From Lytechinus pictus (taxonomy: Eukaryota): DNA of 64,000 nucleotides. Below the pieces are notes generated by a model that did not search any database, was not told the DNA's origin, and was given only the letters and a program-made list of their open reading frames with translations. The position numbers and the translations under genes are program-made. This document shows, one piece after another, positions 40,119 to 53,840 of the stretch. The stretch spans positions 40,674,001 to 40,738,000 of the forward strand of contig NC_087245.1 in assembly GCF_037042905.1 (NCBI RefSeq), given 5' to 3'. Each line of letters opens with the position of its first letter. Position 1 is the first letter of the stretch.

Positions 40119-41180
40119 TCAATCTGAAATCCATTCCTTCTACTACATTAGGGGTTGCATTCTAAACCTGTTTAGCCGAGTAGCTACATTACAGAGAAGT
40201 TATTGAACTATCCAAAATGGCCACGCACAAGCTGAGGTACAGTCATAATCACATTATGACGTAGATAAATGACTCGAAATTACCGACGGGGCGCCTTTCT
40301 AAAGGTTTACGCATTTAACATGCATTGATTGATATCATATCTAATTGAAGTGATGTTGGTTATGGTGATAGTCCTGTCATGTTATGATCGTGCCAGCGTT
40401 ACAAAATATCGATAAAATTTGAAGTAACTTTGAATTACCATTTCACGCGTGTTTAGGGGGTATTTTTATTTTTTCTACTTCAATGTGTGCAAATATGATA
40501 TTTTGCTGTTTAGCTCTTTGGGAACAATAAGTGAGAGAGACAGAGAGAGGAGATAGACACACACATACACATACACGCCCACGCAAAGAAAGATAAAGCT
40601 AAAGAGGGAGAGGGTGGGTGGAGATGTGAGTCGGGAAAAGGGAATTTGGTCAGAAAACGAGTGAACGGAGAGACAAAAAGCAGTAAGTGGGAAGAAAGTG
40701 GACAATTAAAAAACATATTTCAATTATTAAGTATTAAAACAATATAAGTATATTCGTTAAAAAATCTACTTTTGTTAGATCAAACGATTTAGATGATATG
40801 ATTATAATTTCCCTGAGAGCATTTTCCTCATTTAAAGAATACCGAATGGAAAAAAATCCAAAGCATGACATTTGAACAAGGTAGGGAGTGGCCTCGTATT
40901 ATTCACAGGAAATGGTTGAAAGAAACCAGATTTATGACCAAAAACCTTACGTTTCTGAAATTCGAATCTTCGTTTATTTTGCCATCAGGTATTTTACCTC
41001 TCTACTCTGTCAACATTGTAAAATATTAGTCTCCTTCCAGACCACTTTACCCCGAGTACACTGAATTGTGATACTTGTAGTCCCACGTACTTCTCCAGGA
41101 TGTAGGTTTTCAAAGCAAGGTGTATGCATATTTTTTTTTTTCATTTCAGCCCAAAGACTTTCACTTCTATCATCAAGTAA

Positions 41181-41342
41181 TACCTTGGTCACATTTGATC
41201 TACGGCGGCCGTACGGCGAGTCTAAAACAGCCGTTTTATTAATTTTAATTCAAACCACCTATATGTAGTTGGTACACAAAATGTTAAAACGGCTGTTTTC
41301 GACTCGCCGTACGGTCGCCGTAGAACAAATGTGACCAAGGTA
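41181..41342. mobile_element. PIF/Harbinger-type MITE
   Basis: Near-perfect ~58-bp TIRs TACCTTGGTCACATTTG ... CAAATGTGACCAAGGTA with a TAA duplication on both sides. Confidence 0.88.
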
Positions 41343-42377
41343 TAAGTCTCATCACCTAGTGGTGGTTTCAATTTCGTCCTTCTTTCATTTCATTTATTGA
41401 TTTTCGTGATAGAAGAAAAACATAACATAACAAAGTAAAAAAAAATAACAAGACATAATATCAGATATACCATGATTATAGATTTAAAAAATTAAGCTAT
41501 ACCTCGGACGAATTTCGTACCTTGGAGTAAAACCCAGGTAAGAAATATATGATCATAAGAGTGGCAAATATCCCTTTTTCATTTAGGGAGGGTTATCAAG
41601 ACTACATTTTGACTTGTTTTTATACCACATTCAGTTTAGAAGAAGCCGTCAATTGACCAAGACAACCGTCGTTACACGACAGGTCATGATAGCAGTAAAA
41701 CTCAAGTAGTAAATTGATGGAGCCATTGACAATGTTTTTCACCATCTTAACATGATCGGCTAACAAGTTGTACATCATGTCAGGGATTTGGGGGAGGATG
41801 ATAAATGGCTAGGGGTGCATTTCATGAACAAACAGTCGATGCTTTCTCACTGGATATTGTTATAAGCTACTGAAATCCTAGCACATGATTGGTTCAGAGT
41901 AAATAAGTCAGTGAAAATCACTTGCTGGTGTGTTTCATGAAACAATGCCCTGGATCAGGGCGTGTGATAAAATATGAGCATTCCAACAACCTGTCGGTCA
42001 CATAGGCCTACACGTTTCCAAGTTCAATAGTTCGATTCCTTGGCTTTTGTTCCGAAAGCTGTTTTCACCCATGAAAATGGGAAAATAGAATCAATCAGAT
42101 TCCTAACCTTAATCTTTATCTTGATTGTCGTCACATTTTCATGGTTATGCACAGTTCAATGAATATTAAAACAATTTTTTTCCATCCTTTACTTTCACCC
42201 AGTTTTAAATAGAGTTAGGAAATTAAAACAGAGGGAATTTCCTACGAAAAAATATTCAAGACGATAAAGTGTTATGTTCCTTATCATTTTCGTGTCGGCT
42301 ATAGAATAAGAAATGACAATTTTCGAGAAAGTGAGGTGTAATACGAAGTAACAATATGGATCTGAATATAAATCTTA

Positions 42378-42560
42378 CAACCCCTGTTCAAAAAGTTTCA
42401 GGTACACTTTGGAATTAAATTAATTTGTTACGTGATGGACATAACAGTTTTGTCTCTGACAAAAATGAGGCTCACAACCTGACTTGTCCGATAAAATAAT
42501 TCCTTGATGTAAATCTAGGCCTCGTCAGTTAAAATATCAAATTATGGTCGGAAATGGAGC
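42378..42560. mobile_element. Tc1/mariner-like terminal fragment
   Basis: TA|CAACCCCTGTTCAAAAAGTTT resembles Tc1 TIR starts. No partner TIR seen and the extent is uncertain. Confidence 0.35.
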
Positions 42561-42879
42561 TGAAGTGATGCCTGTAGGTGTTCTTTTCATTTTATTCTAG
42601 TTGTCCTACTGTTCCAGACACTCTTATTGTTTATCTTGCTGTATGAGGCCCATTTACATCAGGTTGAAGTTATGAGTATCCACTGCTCAAAGGAATCCCG
42701 CGGTTACGGTTATTGTTAATAGGTCTTTAGCTGATGGTAGTAACTTCAGACGTGTCAGAGAAAAGTATGTTATAATTGAAGCCAAGATAAATTCAGGGGC
42801 CCGTTTCAGAAGGAAATGGAATCGAACGCAACTTAATTTGTGAATTGCGTTTGATTTCTCGTGTCATGATCAACGCAGT

Positions 42880-44140
42880 TCTTAGCATTTTTGGTGGCAG
42901 CGGTTTGATATGTTCTGTTTGATAATTTTAAGTATTTTCAGTAAGAGCAGAGAGGGGTTTATTGAGTTAATTTAAAATCAATGTTTCAATATTTTGGAGG
43001 CAGGCAGCGGTGGAATGTATTCATTGATTTACGTTTAAATGTTTAGTATTTTTCATGTGGTAGGATGTGTTTATTGTGACAAGTCAAAGTCTGTTAACTT
43101 CTGTATAATCAATGGAAGAGAGGAATGTTTTCATCAAGTTAAGTTAAAATCTTTCAGTTGTAGCATTTGGTGGAAGCGATGCGATTTGTACATTTAGTGA
43201 AGTAAAATCTCTCAGTTTAAGTATTTTGGTGGCAGCGCTGTGATTTGTACATTAGGTTCAGTAAAAATCTTCCAGCTTTTAGTACTTTGGAGGGAGTCGT
43301 GTGATTTGTTTTTTGAATTCAGTTCAAATTCTCAGGTTTAGCGTTATAGTGGCAAGAGTGTGATGTGCTCGTTGAATTCAGTTGAAATATCTCAGATTTA
43401 ATATTTTGTTGGCAGTAGTGGGATGTGCTCATTGAATTGAGTTAAAATCTACCTGTTTTAACATTTCGGTGGCAGGAGTTGGATGAGTTCATTGATTTGA
43501 GTTAAAATCTACCTGTTTTAACATTTCGGTGGCAGGAGTTGGATGAGTTCATTGATTTCAGTTAAAATATATCATTTTTAGCAGTTTGGTGGCAGCAGTG
43601 GGATATATTCATTGAATTTAGTTAAAATCTCTGTTTTAATATTTTGGTGGCAGGAGTGGAATGTGCTCATTGAGTTCAGTTAAAAACTCTCAGTTTTAAC
43701 ATTTTGGTGGCAGCAGTGGGATGAATTCATTGAATTCAGTTAAAATCTCTCAGTTTTAACATTTTGGTGGCATGAGTGGGATATATGCTCATTGAGTTCA
43801 GTTAAAAAACTCTCGGTTTTTATATTTTGGTGGCAGCAGCGGGATGTATTCGTTGAATTCAGTTGAAATCTCTCAGTTTTAACATTTTGGTGGCAGCAGT
43901 GGGATGAATTCATTCAATTCAATTAAAATCTCTGTTTTAACATTTTGGTGGCAGGAGTGGGATGTGCTCATTGAATTCAGTTAAAAACTCTCGGTTTCAA
44001 CATTTTGGTGGCAGCAGCGGGATGTTTTCATTGAATTCAGTTGAAATCTCTCAGTTTTAACATTTTGGTGGGAGCAGTAGGATGTAGTCATTAAGTTTAT
44101 CAAGTTTAGTTACCTTTTGTGGCAGCGGTGGGATGTTAAA
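42880..44140. repeat. ~60-bp minisatellite, about 22 units, with degenerate units resuming at 44760-45030
   Basis: Consensus approximately TTTTAACATTTTGGTGGCAGCAGTGGGATGAATTCATTGAATTCAGTTAAAATCTCTCAG. Units at 43441 and 43501 are almost identical; the edges are degenerate. Confidence 0.92.
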
Positions 44141-44161
44141 GTTGTGAGGTCTTTCTGTTAA

Positions 44162-44747
44162 AGGAGAATGAAACCTTTGGAACAAGATAGCTTGTGTGAA
44201 AATAGAAAAATCAAAGAAACAGATCGACGAAAGTTTGAGAAAATTCGGACAAATAATGAGAAAGTCATGAGCATATGAATATTGCAATCACTAATGCTAT
44301 GGAGATCCTCATATTGGCAATGCGACAAAGATGTGTGATGTCACTTGTAAACAACTCTCCTCATTACTTTAGTATATATTTTACTTAAATTGCCTCTTTT
44401 TATCACATCTATCAGTAGATCATGTATTCTTTCTATAGGAGGGTATGTAATACAGATTTTCAAAGAATACATCATGGATAAAGAGTTTGTAATACCATAA
44501 GAAAAGGCAAAAAGAGACATTTTGGGGGTATTTTATAGTCCATCACAGGGAAAGTAGTACACATGTGACGTCACACATCCCTGTCATATTGCCAATGGGA
44601 GGATCTCCATAGCATTAGTGATTGCAATATTCAAATGCTCATAACTTTCTCATTATTTGTCAGATTTTTCTCAAACTTTCTTTGTTCTTATTCTTTGATT
44701 TTTCTGTTTTGACACAAGCCTACTTGTTCCAAAGGTTTCATTCTCCT
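44162..44747. mobile_element. Kolobok-like MITE inserted in the minisatellite
   Basis: Long TIRs AGGAGAATGAAACCTTTGGAACAAG ... CTTGTTCCAAAGGTTTCATTCTCCT. TTAA duplication at 44158-44161 and 44748-44751. Confidence 0.88.
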
Positions 44748-45128
44748 TTAATGTTAGTATTGAAAGTGACAGTGATGGTGCATGTTCCTTTAGTTAAATT
44801 AAAATCTCTTCGGTCTAGTATTTTGGTGGCAGAAGTAGCATGCACATATATTTATGAGTGATATGCATATTCCACACGAGCATGATTAGTTGTATTCGCA
44901 TCGGTGGAATACGTCTATTGCGTTAAGTATACATTGTTTATTTCCAGTAATTTGGTGACAGCGATGTGACAACAGAAAGGAACAATCTGTTATTGTTAAT
45001 TGTTTTCAATTTTCGGTGGCATCGTGGTGTGTGTGCTCAGTGTTTAGTAGCCCATGGCATTGTTGAAGAACTGCGATTCTTGGAAATTAAATGCATTTAT
45101 AATGTGAATGTTTCTGTTTATTGTTTTA

Positions 45129-45479
45129 GCGCCGTGGTGTAGCGGTTCTGACTCTCGCCTTGTAATCAGAGGGTCGTGTGTTCGAATCCCGCCATGGCCT
45201 AGCGTCCTTTGGCAAGGCGTCAATCCACAATTTGCCACTCTCCACCCAGGTGTTAAATGGGTACCCGGTATGATGCGAAAGCCTTTGTAGTATGCCTAGC
45301 AATTGAGTCTTGGAACTCTTGTTGGAATGCTCCCCAGGGAGTGGAGAAGGTGCATACATTGTATGCGGGCATGCAAGGATCCGATGACCGGGGTAATAAT
45401 ATATCTGTAAAGCGCTTAGAGACGTCGTTTCGATGTGTTAAGCGCTATATAAATGCGGAATATTATTATTATTATTATT
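45129..45479 (+). mobile_element. Full-length tRNA-derived SINE
   Basis: A-box TGGTGTAGCGG, B-box GTTCGAATCC, central core, L2/CR1-type 3' tail GTAAAGCGCTTAGAG...TAAGCGCTATATAAAT and (ATT)n end. Confidence 0.88.
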
Positions 45480-47279
45480 GACTGGAAATCCAGTTTTGTA
45501 CAAGCGGTCCTCTTCTTTAGACGTAAGAAGTAAAGTAATTGATATCCATAACTTGCCGTCAGTTAATGGCATGTTGTAAATTATTTATCTCATGGCGTCA
45601 GGGTAGAATCTATGGTACGATGACGAATTACGGTTGACAACCTTACCTGTAGATTCAGTGGACAATATTGCCAAATGAATACAAAGTGGATGATACAGGA
45701 AATATTTTAAGTAAAACCAATCTCATACTTAAAACATTTTAAGTATTAGGATATTACCTGTTACGAACTTTTGAACGAAATTGAACATCCTTGTCGATCT
45801 GACTTTGGCGATAAAAACACCACTTGTATCACAGCGACCACCAAATCTATCAATCAGCGATCAGCAGATTCACCACCACCAAATGAACAAGACACCCAAA
45901 TTTGATTAGATAAAGGGGGTAAGTTGAACACATGAATGTAATATTTCCTGCTAGGTGTCAACCCCCGGGGCATATCCTATGTCATTTCGAAGAAAAAAAG
46001 TACATGAAGTTCCACAAATCACATTTTCAAGATGCCACGCGGGGTTTAACTAACGAATGACAAACAGCTCTGATGGAAGTTAATGTACCCCTCTCGAGCC
46101 TACTCCGTATCACTTGGCCCCTTCACCTCGTGCAGTAGGACCAGTTGTTCAAGAAGATGAGAGAAACAGGAGGGGGTACGTCAAAGGGTGCAGGACGGGA
46201 TATCGGGGTAAGAGAAGGTGGCGATTAGTTCGTCAGGTGGTATCTACCTCCTACAAGATTGGGCGTAGTCGGTACATTCATCACTGGTGATGTCGCCAGT
46301 GCCCTCATGTACTTCTAGGACAGTGACCGATAAATTGGTGACCAAGAAATTGGCCAATAGGCCTATATTGAACGGTAAAATTGCGCCAATCTCGTATCCG
46401 CCAGTTAAACCAGGACAATGATGAATATTACATTGAAAGGGCATTTAAATCAAATACTCATGATTACACGAGTGTCAGGGCTATATATATATACCCAACG
46501 AAATTAATGGGACTGTACTTAGATAAATCTGCATTTCCTCCCCCTTACCATTTTCTTTAAAAATCAATCTACTCATGTGGAGAAATTAGAGAAGCCATTG
46601 GTGCATTTTCCTCAGTGATTAATGTTTAGTAAACGGATAGAATACTCGATTATAATTTTTTGCAATTACTGCGTAAATTACAAGAAAAAATTGTGATAAA
46701 TGATTGAATCGCTGTGGTAAATAGTACGTGGATGTTCATTTACCGAGGGTGCAGTTGTTTGATTAATAGATTTATATTGATTCGAAGTCATGTTAAATGA
46801 AATAAACAATAACTGAAAGATTATAGAGAACATGGGTACACTCAGAGATCAGGAAATATGATGATGGGTAGCAAAATGTACTTGGCATAGAACCGCCTGA
46901 TATCGGATTTCAATCGTCACGTAATACCACCTTCGTATGATTCGATGTTTCACATATCGCTTCACGCAGAGCAGGAAAGGAGATCCTTAACATCGAGTTG
47001 GTAAGAAATTATGACGTCACAGCGCAATGACCAGCTTCTTCCAAAGTGACATGAATCGATACCGCACCTTCGCCTGAGGATCATTATCTATATCTAATGT
47101 GTATCCGTAAACATCCACGCTCATCCGACACCGGCCGTCATGTTACTTGGTGAAGGTGTGAAATTTCGGCATGGCTCGATGGTGGCAAGCCTCGACTCGT
47201 TCAGGTATCCGAAAGGGGTGCGGTTTTTTTTCGCCGTAACGATAACGAGTTTTCGCTTCAAAGATACACGACTTCAATA

Positions 47280-47480
47280 CAGAGAAATGTGTTGTAAAAT
47301 GCCCTCCATGACAACGAACAACCAAGAAGTCTTTGTCGAAAATCGGGACTTAAAATAGCAGTTTCGTCCTATAACTCTTAGACAAACGACATATTTGGAA
47401 CTTTTCGTCAGCTCCGAAATTTAGGACGAAGCTGCTTATGCGGTTCACCCATTTTCGACAAGGACTGTTGTCATTTGGCG
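47280..47480 (+). mobile_element. Diverged MITE related to 27853 and 51230
   Basis: AAATGCCC..CATGACAA.GAACAA..AAGAAGTCTTTGTC... aligns with the reverse complement of 51230-51410. Confidence 0.6.
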
Positions 47481-47642
47481 AACATTTCCTATACATTTAC
47501 TGTGTTCTTAAATACGCTTTGCGTCGCGGTGCTCCCTAGCATTGAACCCACATCCTAGTGACTCCGACAGCATCCCCGCTCTTAAACCCTTACATAGCCA
47601 TCAAAACAAGCGAAAGATGGTAATCCCGAAAGGACACAAAAC

Positions 47643-47939
47643 ATGATAATGATAATAATAATAACGGTATATTTACCCAGGGTAGCCACTTCACTTCTGA
47701 AAACTGTTCTCCGAACGGGCCCTGCTTATTATTATTACCCGGCTAAGCTAGGCTACCTATTCAGGTGCACACAGCTTTTTAAGGAATTACTTCCTGCCGG
47801 TACCCATTTACCTCACCTGGGTCGAGTGCAGCACACTGTGGATGAATTCCTTGCTGAAGGAAATTACGCCATAGCTGGGATTTGAACCCACGACCCTCTG
47901 TTTCAAAGTCCGGAGACCAATCCACTGGGCCACGACGCC
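47643..47939 (-). mobile_element. Full-length tRNA-derived SINE
   Basis: B-box GGGATTTGAACCC and A-box CCACTGGGCCA on plus, core shared with 11340-11558, (ATA)n tail. Confidence 0.85.
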
Positions 47940-50900
47940 CCACGACGATTAGGGAGGAAATAGGGGGAAATCATCCGAGCAAACCCTTCACTAGTTGGCT
48001 ACGCCATAGAACATGATCCTGTGGCGAATGTTGCAGAAGATGTATACATTCACGCTGTTCAAGGACGAGGGGATTAGAGACGTGTGTGAAGGATGCAGCT
48101 AAACCCAGTAATTCATGAGATTGTGGAAAACATTTTCCTTAAAGTAGTACAGTCAACATTCATCTCGAGCAGATTAGTACATCCCAGTTTAGGCTGTAGG
48201 CAGAAGCATTCAAAACTACTTGCAGTGGGTTAACTTTCAAGGATGTGACAAGTTACTCCAAACCAGTTAGGAAGGCATGTTCTATATAATTTAAAACTAA
48301 CCAATTAAAGGCTTTTGTTCTTCACAGAACATGCAGAAAGGAACGTGGTAAACAGTGTCTAGTTCGGCAACAATATTGAGACCTATCTACAGGAAAAGAA
48401 AATGGCACAATGGGCTCTTAAAAATAGTAGGCCCAGGTCAACTCACCAAATGGTTTCTGATGTACGTTGACATGAAATATAACAAAAGTAATTATTCCTT
48501 TTTCATGTTTTCAGTATCTTTCATAAACCAATAAAGAGGTATATTTATAGGCCTACTTGTATATGAGCAGAACTGTTGTTTTTTCTGGGAAATTGATGAT
48601 ATCCATTACTCAATTTGATTCGTCAGCATTTTTTTTTACCCGAGATACTACAGTACATGAGAACATACAATGCTTCATGACAACTTTTGGTGTCAAAATA
48701 CATGATATAAAGAGTCTCAATGTTAATTTGTAAGGAACAAAATATAAATAGGCCGACATACCTTAGCAAAAACTAATTTTCAATCAACCTTTCGGTCTGT
48801 AACAACTAATCAACCTAGTAAACTGAGGTTAAATTTAAGTAAAATAGGAATATGTTGGCTCTACTCCTCGACATCTTTAAGTTGATAAGGTTAAACCCTG
48901 TGAAAATAATTGAAGCATCCTCGCGACTCTTGACAGGCATCCGCAGATCCACCCGTGGATATGTTATTCTTTTTGAACATTTTGAAGCATTAAACACACA
49001 TACCGACAGCTAACATACCTGCTGTCACATGAATCACTCTGACGAGAGACATCTGATGGAGAGAATTAGATTTATGAGGTGTTTATTTGGCGTTAACAGG
49101 TGGGATTTGAATTGGCCTAGGCCATTCAACCGAGGCACATCTGACGTTGTGATCCCTCCCTACCCTACAGCGCTGTGAACGCATGGGGCCGAAGTGTAAG
49201 ATCAGACGATGGACTGCTCTGCGCGTCCCGCCTTGCTCTCGCTGTGGCCGACTTGCATCATGTACGAAGTGTACGCGCTTTGTTTGCTGTACATCCGCAA
49301 ATCCGAGTCAAACCCACTGCCTAGACCCCGACTGGTCAAGTAGCGGGGAAGAATTATAATCAAATCGTGATGTCAATCCCTAACTTTTCTCTGACATCCA
49401 TCGAATTTGTTGTCTTCGACGGGTCGGGAAGGGAGGGGAAAAAGCAGACGATAATGTTGACAGAGCGAAAGAAAGATTTTATAACAAAATCTGTCCTCGT
49501 TTGCAATCCATTTGTCACTGCGTCCGGCTTTTCGACCCCATGCAAAGTTGACTTTTGCACGTAGTCCAAAACGTTGGCCGTACTTTTATGACATCATCGC
49601 CATGTCCTGTCAAAATATCCAAAATAAAAGAATTCACAGACAAAAAAAAAGTTATCAAAAAAAGACATTTCCCCCTAATCTGCTGATTGATATGGTAATG
49701 TGTCTATTACACATTATTTTTTAAAAGATTTTTTATAATAGTGGGCGTGAATTTAGAGTTCTAGGTTAGATACAAAAATAACTAGAAGTAAATAAAACAA
49801 AATATGAAGTAGTCTGATATTCATCCTGTCCCGAAACTTAATGTAGAATATTTACTCAATAAAAATTGATATACAAATCAAACAACACTTTATACAATTC
49901 AATCAAAGAAGTCTAAATGTTTAACATCATATGAATACGCGAACCAGGAATACGTGGACGCATTACAATATCAAACATAAATAGAAAATAAAAATATACA
50001 ATCGCAAAAGAAAATCCAATCAAAATAAATCATAACGCACAAACAGTTTTTACAACTTTCAGCTATGCAGAAAGTAATAAGCTTAATAATACACTCATTA
50101 CCAAGGATTTCAACTATATTATTTGAAAAAAAATATAGAGTTTAGGGTTATTATAAGTAGGCCCTAGTGTGTCAAAAGGCCATTTGCTTACAATGCCAGT
50201 CCTTAATTTGCAATTAGACAATGATGTTGAATTAACCACAATTAATGTGTACATATTACATTTTACCCTCTTTCTTGAATTTTTGAAAACTGTTCAGTAT
50301 TTTTGCTGAACTACATTATTAATATATATTATAAGTTTTGCATCATTTCAAAATGCAGAAGAAAACAAAAACAACTATTGTTTCCCGATTTAAGAAAACG
50401 AGAAATTTTATTAAAAAAAATCATACTGCCTCTCATATCAAAACATATCTACACCAATAATATATTTCAAATAATACAATAATCTTCAATATCTCTCATA
50501 TGTAAACTTACAGCAAAAAATCAAATGGACCCCATCTCGTTTTCTACTTGAAGAATGACGATATATTTAATCCAAACTGTGTAAGAACCTGGCGAGTGTG
50601 ATTGTGATTCAAGGTTTCATGGAAGCTATACCTAAAGCTCATGTCGGAAAGGGCAAATTCCAATATTTTTTCATCATATTTCATGAGAAAGATAACATTT
50701 GTGTAATAACTATACTTGAAAATTTCGGACGTGAATTATAGCTTTCGCACGTGCTTCGTAGCACGACCGAATGCCGGTGACGACCTGTCGTAGCCCGGTG
50801 AGAGCGGGGAAAATTAAGCGACTATTTTCTGATACATCCTAGCACGGAGTAAGATCAATCTTGCTCGTTTATGATGTCTATAAATATACAGAAGTGCTCA

Positions 50901-51229
50901 AAAGTGAGCGAACCCCACCACAAAATACACGCCTTCATGTCGAATCCCAGAGATACAAACCTTAATGAATGTTATATCATTTTTTTGCCTGACTTCACAA
51001 TTAAATATCTAAAACATGGCAGATCTTGAACACTTTAAATATGTTCATCTTCTGGTAGGAGCATCTAACTAAAATGGAGATGGTTTGCGTCTATTTTTTG
51101 TTTGTTATATCTAGTTTGTCCCAGATAGTCTCGTAGATGGGACCAAAACGTTGCTGTCGCTGTCTCCCTGTACTGTCCACAATAGAGATTTTACGCTCAG
51201 CGAATTACTCTTCAAATAACAAAGAACAG

Positions 51230-51410
51230 CTCGAAGGTCAGCTTTGTCGAATATTGGGGGACCGGAGCAGCAGCTTCGTCGTGGGTTTTAGGGCTGACGA
51301 AACATTGCAAGTATGTCGTTTTTCCAGAGTCCAGGACGAAATTGCTGTTTTGAATCACCAATCTTTGACAAAGACTTCTTTGTTGTTCTTTGTCATGACG
51401 GGCATTTGAT
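51230..51410 (-). mobile_element. Diverged MITE, inverted copy of 47280-47480
   Basis: Reverse complement AAATGCCCGTCATGACAAAGAACAACAAAGAAGTCTTTGTC...ACGAAGCTGCT. Confidence 0.6.
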
Positions 51411-51485
51411 AATACATTTACTCAGTTCTTGTATCCTCCGTACGTCGCTGAGCAAAAATCTAATGTGAACACACTGTGAACACAT

Positions 51486-52552
51486 AGGCCCGTATTCTGA
51501 AGTTAGGTTTAACTTAGACCATGGTCTAACTCTGTGCTCAAATTATGGGAAGCCAAAAATTCAAAATTTCTGTCTTTATTGTATATTTCTAATGTTTACT
51601 ATTTTGTTCCCTTTTGCTTTCACAACGAAGAATAATACTTCAAAATACTTCAGTTATCATTCCCAGACAATTTTGAACAATTTAAGTTTCATGTGAGTTA
51701 ATAAATTGGATGTGTACTGTAAGTGATTTGTGGCCCAATTCTCGCTACCCCAAATAGGAACAAAAATCTCATAATGCGCGAGACGAGATAATTTTCACTC
51801 CGTCGGGTCGTCATCACCACTTCCGGTTTAGAGTCATGCTCGCGCGAGGTTCGCGATACTGAGTTTTCCACCACGCTGAAATCGATGCCAATCAGCGTAA
51901 TATGTACAGAGTATAATACTTTTTATTACATTTGGTCAGTTTTGATTCCATTTGAATTATAAATAAAAATAAAAAATATATTTCACGTGAGAATAATTTT
52001 TATTCATGTTTTTATTTGGTTATAAAAAAATCAAACAAATAATGAATATCTTAAAATTTTGCATTTAGCGACCGGCCTGACATCACGATCGTATTCAACT
52101 AGACACTAAATATATTCAGCATTCATTTCGTTCAATTTTTCGTCGACCACGTACAAAATGGATAAAAATCAGTTTCGGAACTTAAAAAAATCTTAACTGA
52201 CAGATGAATACCGTGCAATGGAAAGCGTCAGGCAGAATTAGTGACTTTAGCAGAAAAGGCTGTAAAACTGTTAGTGAAAGAGAGGGTTGTGATCACGAAC
52301 TTTCCGAGCGAAAGCTACGTTGTGTTGTTGTGCATGACGGCACTGTTGATCTAAATGGCAAAACAGTGCGTTGGACTTTCGAACAGGAAGTTGTAATACC
52401 GAAAAAGCTATCCCATAATGCAATGCACGTTACAGGGATTTTCCCTGATCTCGGCGAAATCGCTATTTGGGGTAGCGAGAATTGGCTATACATAGTTAAA
52501 CCACAACTTTAAACCAGGGTTTAATTTAAACCCGAGTTCAGAATACGGGCCT
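51486..52552. mobile_element. Harbinger-like MITE containing a nested element
   Basis: AGGCCCGTATTCTGAA ... TTCAGAATACGGGCCT termini. Confidence 0.8.
51741..52479. mobile_element. Nested non-autonomous TIR element with AATT TSD (Sola1-like, inferred)
   Basis: Perfect 17-bp TIR CTCGCTACCCCAAATAG / CTATTTGGGGTAGCGAG. AATT at 51737-51740 and 52480-52483. Confidence 0.8.
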
Positions 52553-53410
52553 TTCACTGTACTAGAGTTGTCCTCGGTATTTCATCAATAGGAATCACAT
52601 CATGATGTTCAATGACATAGGCTTTGTACACGCATAAACTTGTTTGAACACAATGCGACGCTGTACTTTTAACACTGTGGATATTATGAACACCGTGATC
52701 AACGAGCCATCGTACATCTTGAAATCAGTTATACAGGTACCAGTAGCCCACTTGGGCTATAAGTGAGTTTAACAGAATAAGTGATTAAATACTGGGAGAT
52801 AACTGCACACTGTGGACATCTCTGTGTGTCAATGTTTACAGTGTAATCACACAACGGGGCTACGTGACTGTGAAAATGGCCACACTTAATAGTGTGAGGA
52901 TGATTTCCCATTGTGTTCAACACTGTGAACACACACGGTAGGCACATTGTGAACACACTGCGGGGACACACTGTGTACTTCCGTAGAGGGCCATCCCGTA
53001 AAGGGGTATCCGATTTAATATTACGTTTTTACATCGTCAGCTCTCTCATGAATGGATATATATTCATGTGAATTACGTCACTAATCGACATGCTTCCCTA
53101 AAATTCCTAAATTCGGAGAAGGAGCGACTCGAGTCAACAACCGGTATCTCAATCCTAGCAATTACGACCCTTCTCAGGTCTTTCTCATCTTCCTATCATC
53201 CTAGATTCCACCAAATGAATCCCGAAGATGAAAACTGATATGAAATGTAAAAAGTTCTGAAAGGGAACAATTTCCGACAGCAGAATGATCACGTAGCCGA
53301 GCCAATCAACCTGAAATTATTTGTGACGCTGGGTTCCCCCCAATCCGCCCAAATCATATTTGTATGAAGCTAGAATTAGGCGATGTGCCGTCATCATGGC
53401 GGATGCTTAA

Positions 53411-53840
53411 AGGGGAAGTTCATCTTGACGATATTTATAGTATAAGAATAGCAGAAAAAATAAAAATATTGGTGAAGGTTCGAAGAAGATCAATCAAGTT
53501 TTAAATAGTTATTAGAATTTTAATGTTTGGATCTGTGACGTCAAACGCGAGCAGCTTCCCTCGTATATGGTAATGTAAAAAATAATGAAATGCCATTTTC
53601 AAAAAAAAAATATACCAACAGACATATCATTTCACACTCGCTCATGAAAGAAAAAAATATTAAATGATATAAAATTTATGTTTTTTATATTACAAAATAT
53701 ATGAGCAGCTGCTCGTATCAAAAATCTAAAATTCTAATAACTTTCTTAATCTTTGATGGATTTTCCTCAAACCTTCATACAAATTCTTTACTTATTTTTC
53801 TGGTAAATTTTAAACAGACATTTCGTCGGAGCGAATTGCA
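53411..53840. mobile_element. Diverged Kolobok-like MITE
   Basis: TTAA|AGGGGAAGTTCA start, internal inverted segments (GAAGGTT../..AACCTTC, TTATTAGAATTTT/AAAATTCTAATAA), degenerate right end. Confidence 0.55.

Noticed and set aside
42880..44140. CRISPR array or repeat-encoded protein
   Set aside because: The sequences between the conserved cores are homologous to each other rather than unique spacers, there are no cas genes, the context is eukaryotic, and the ORF track shows no long ORF across the array.
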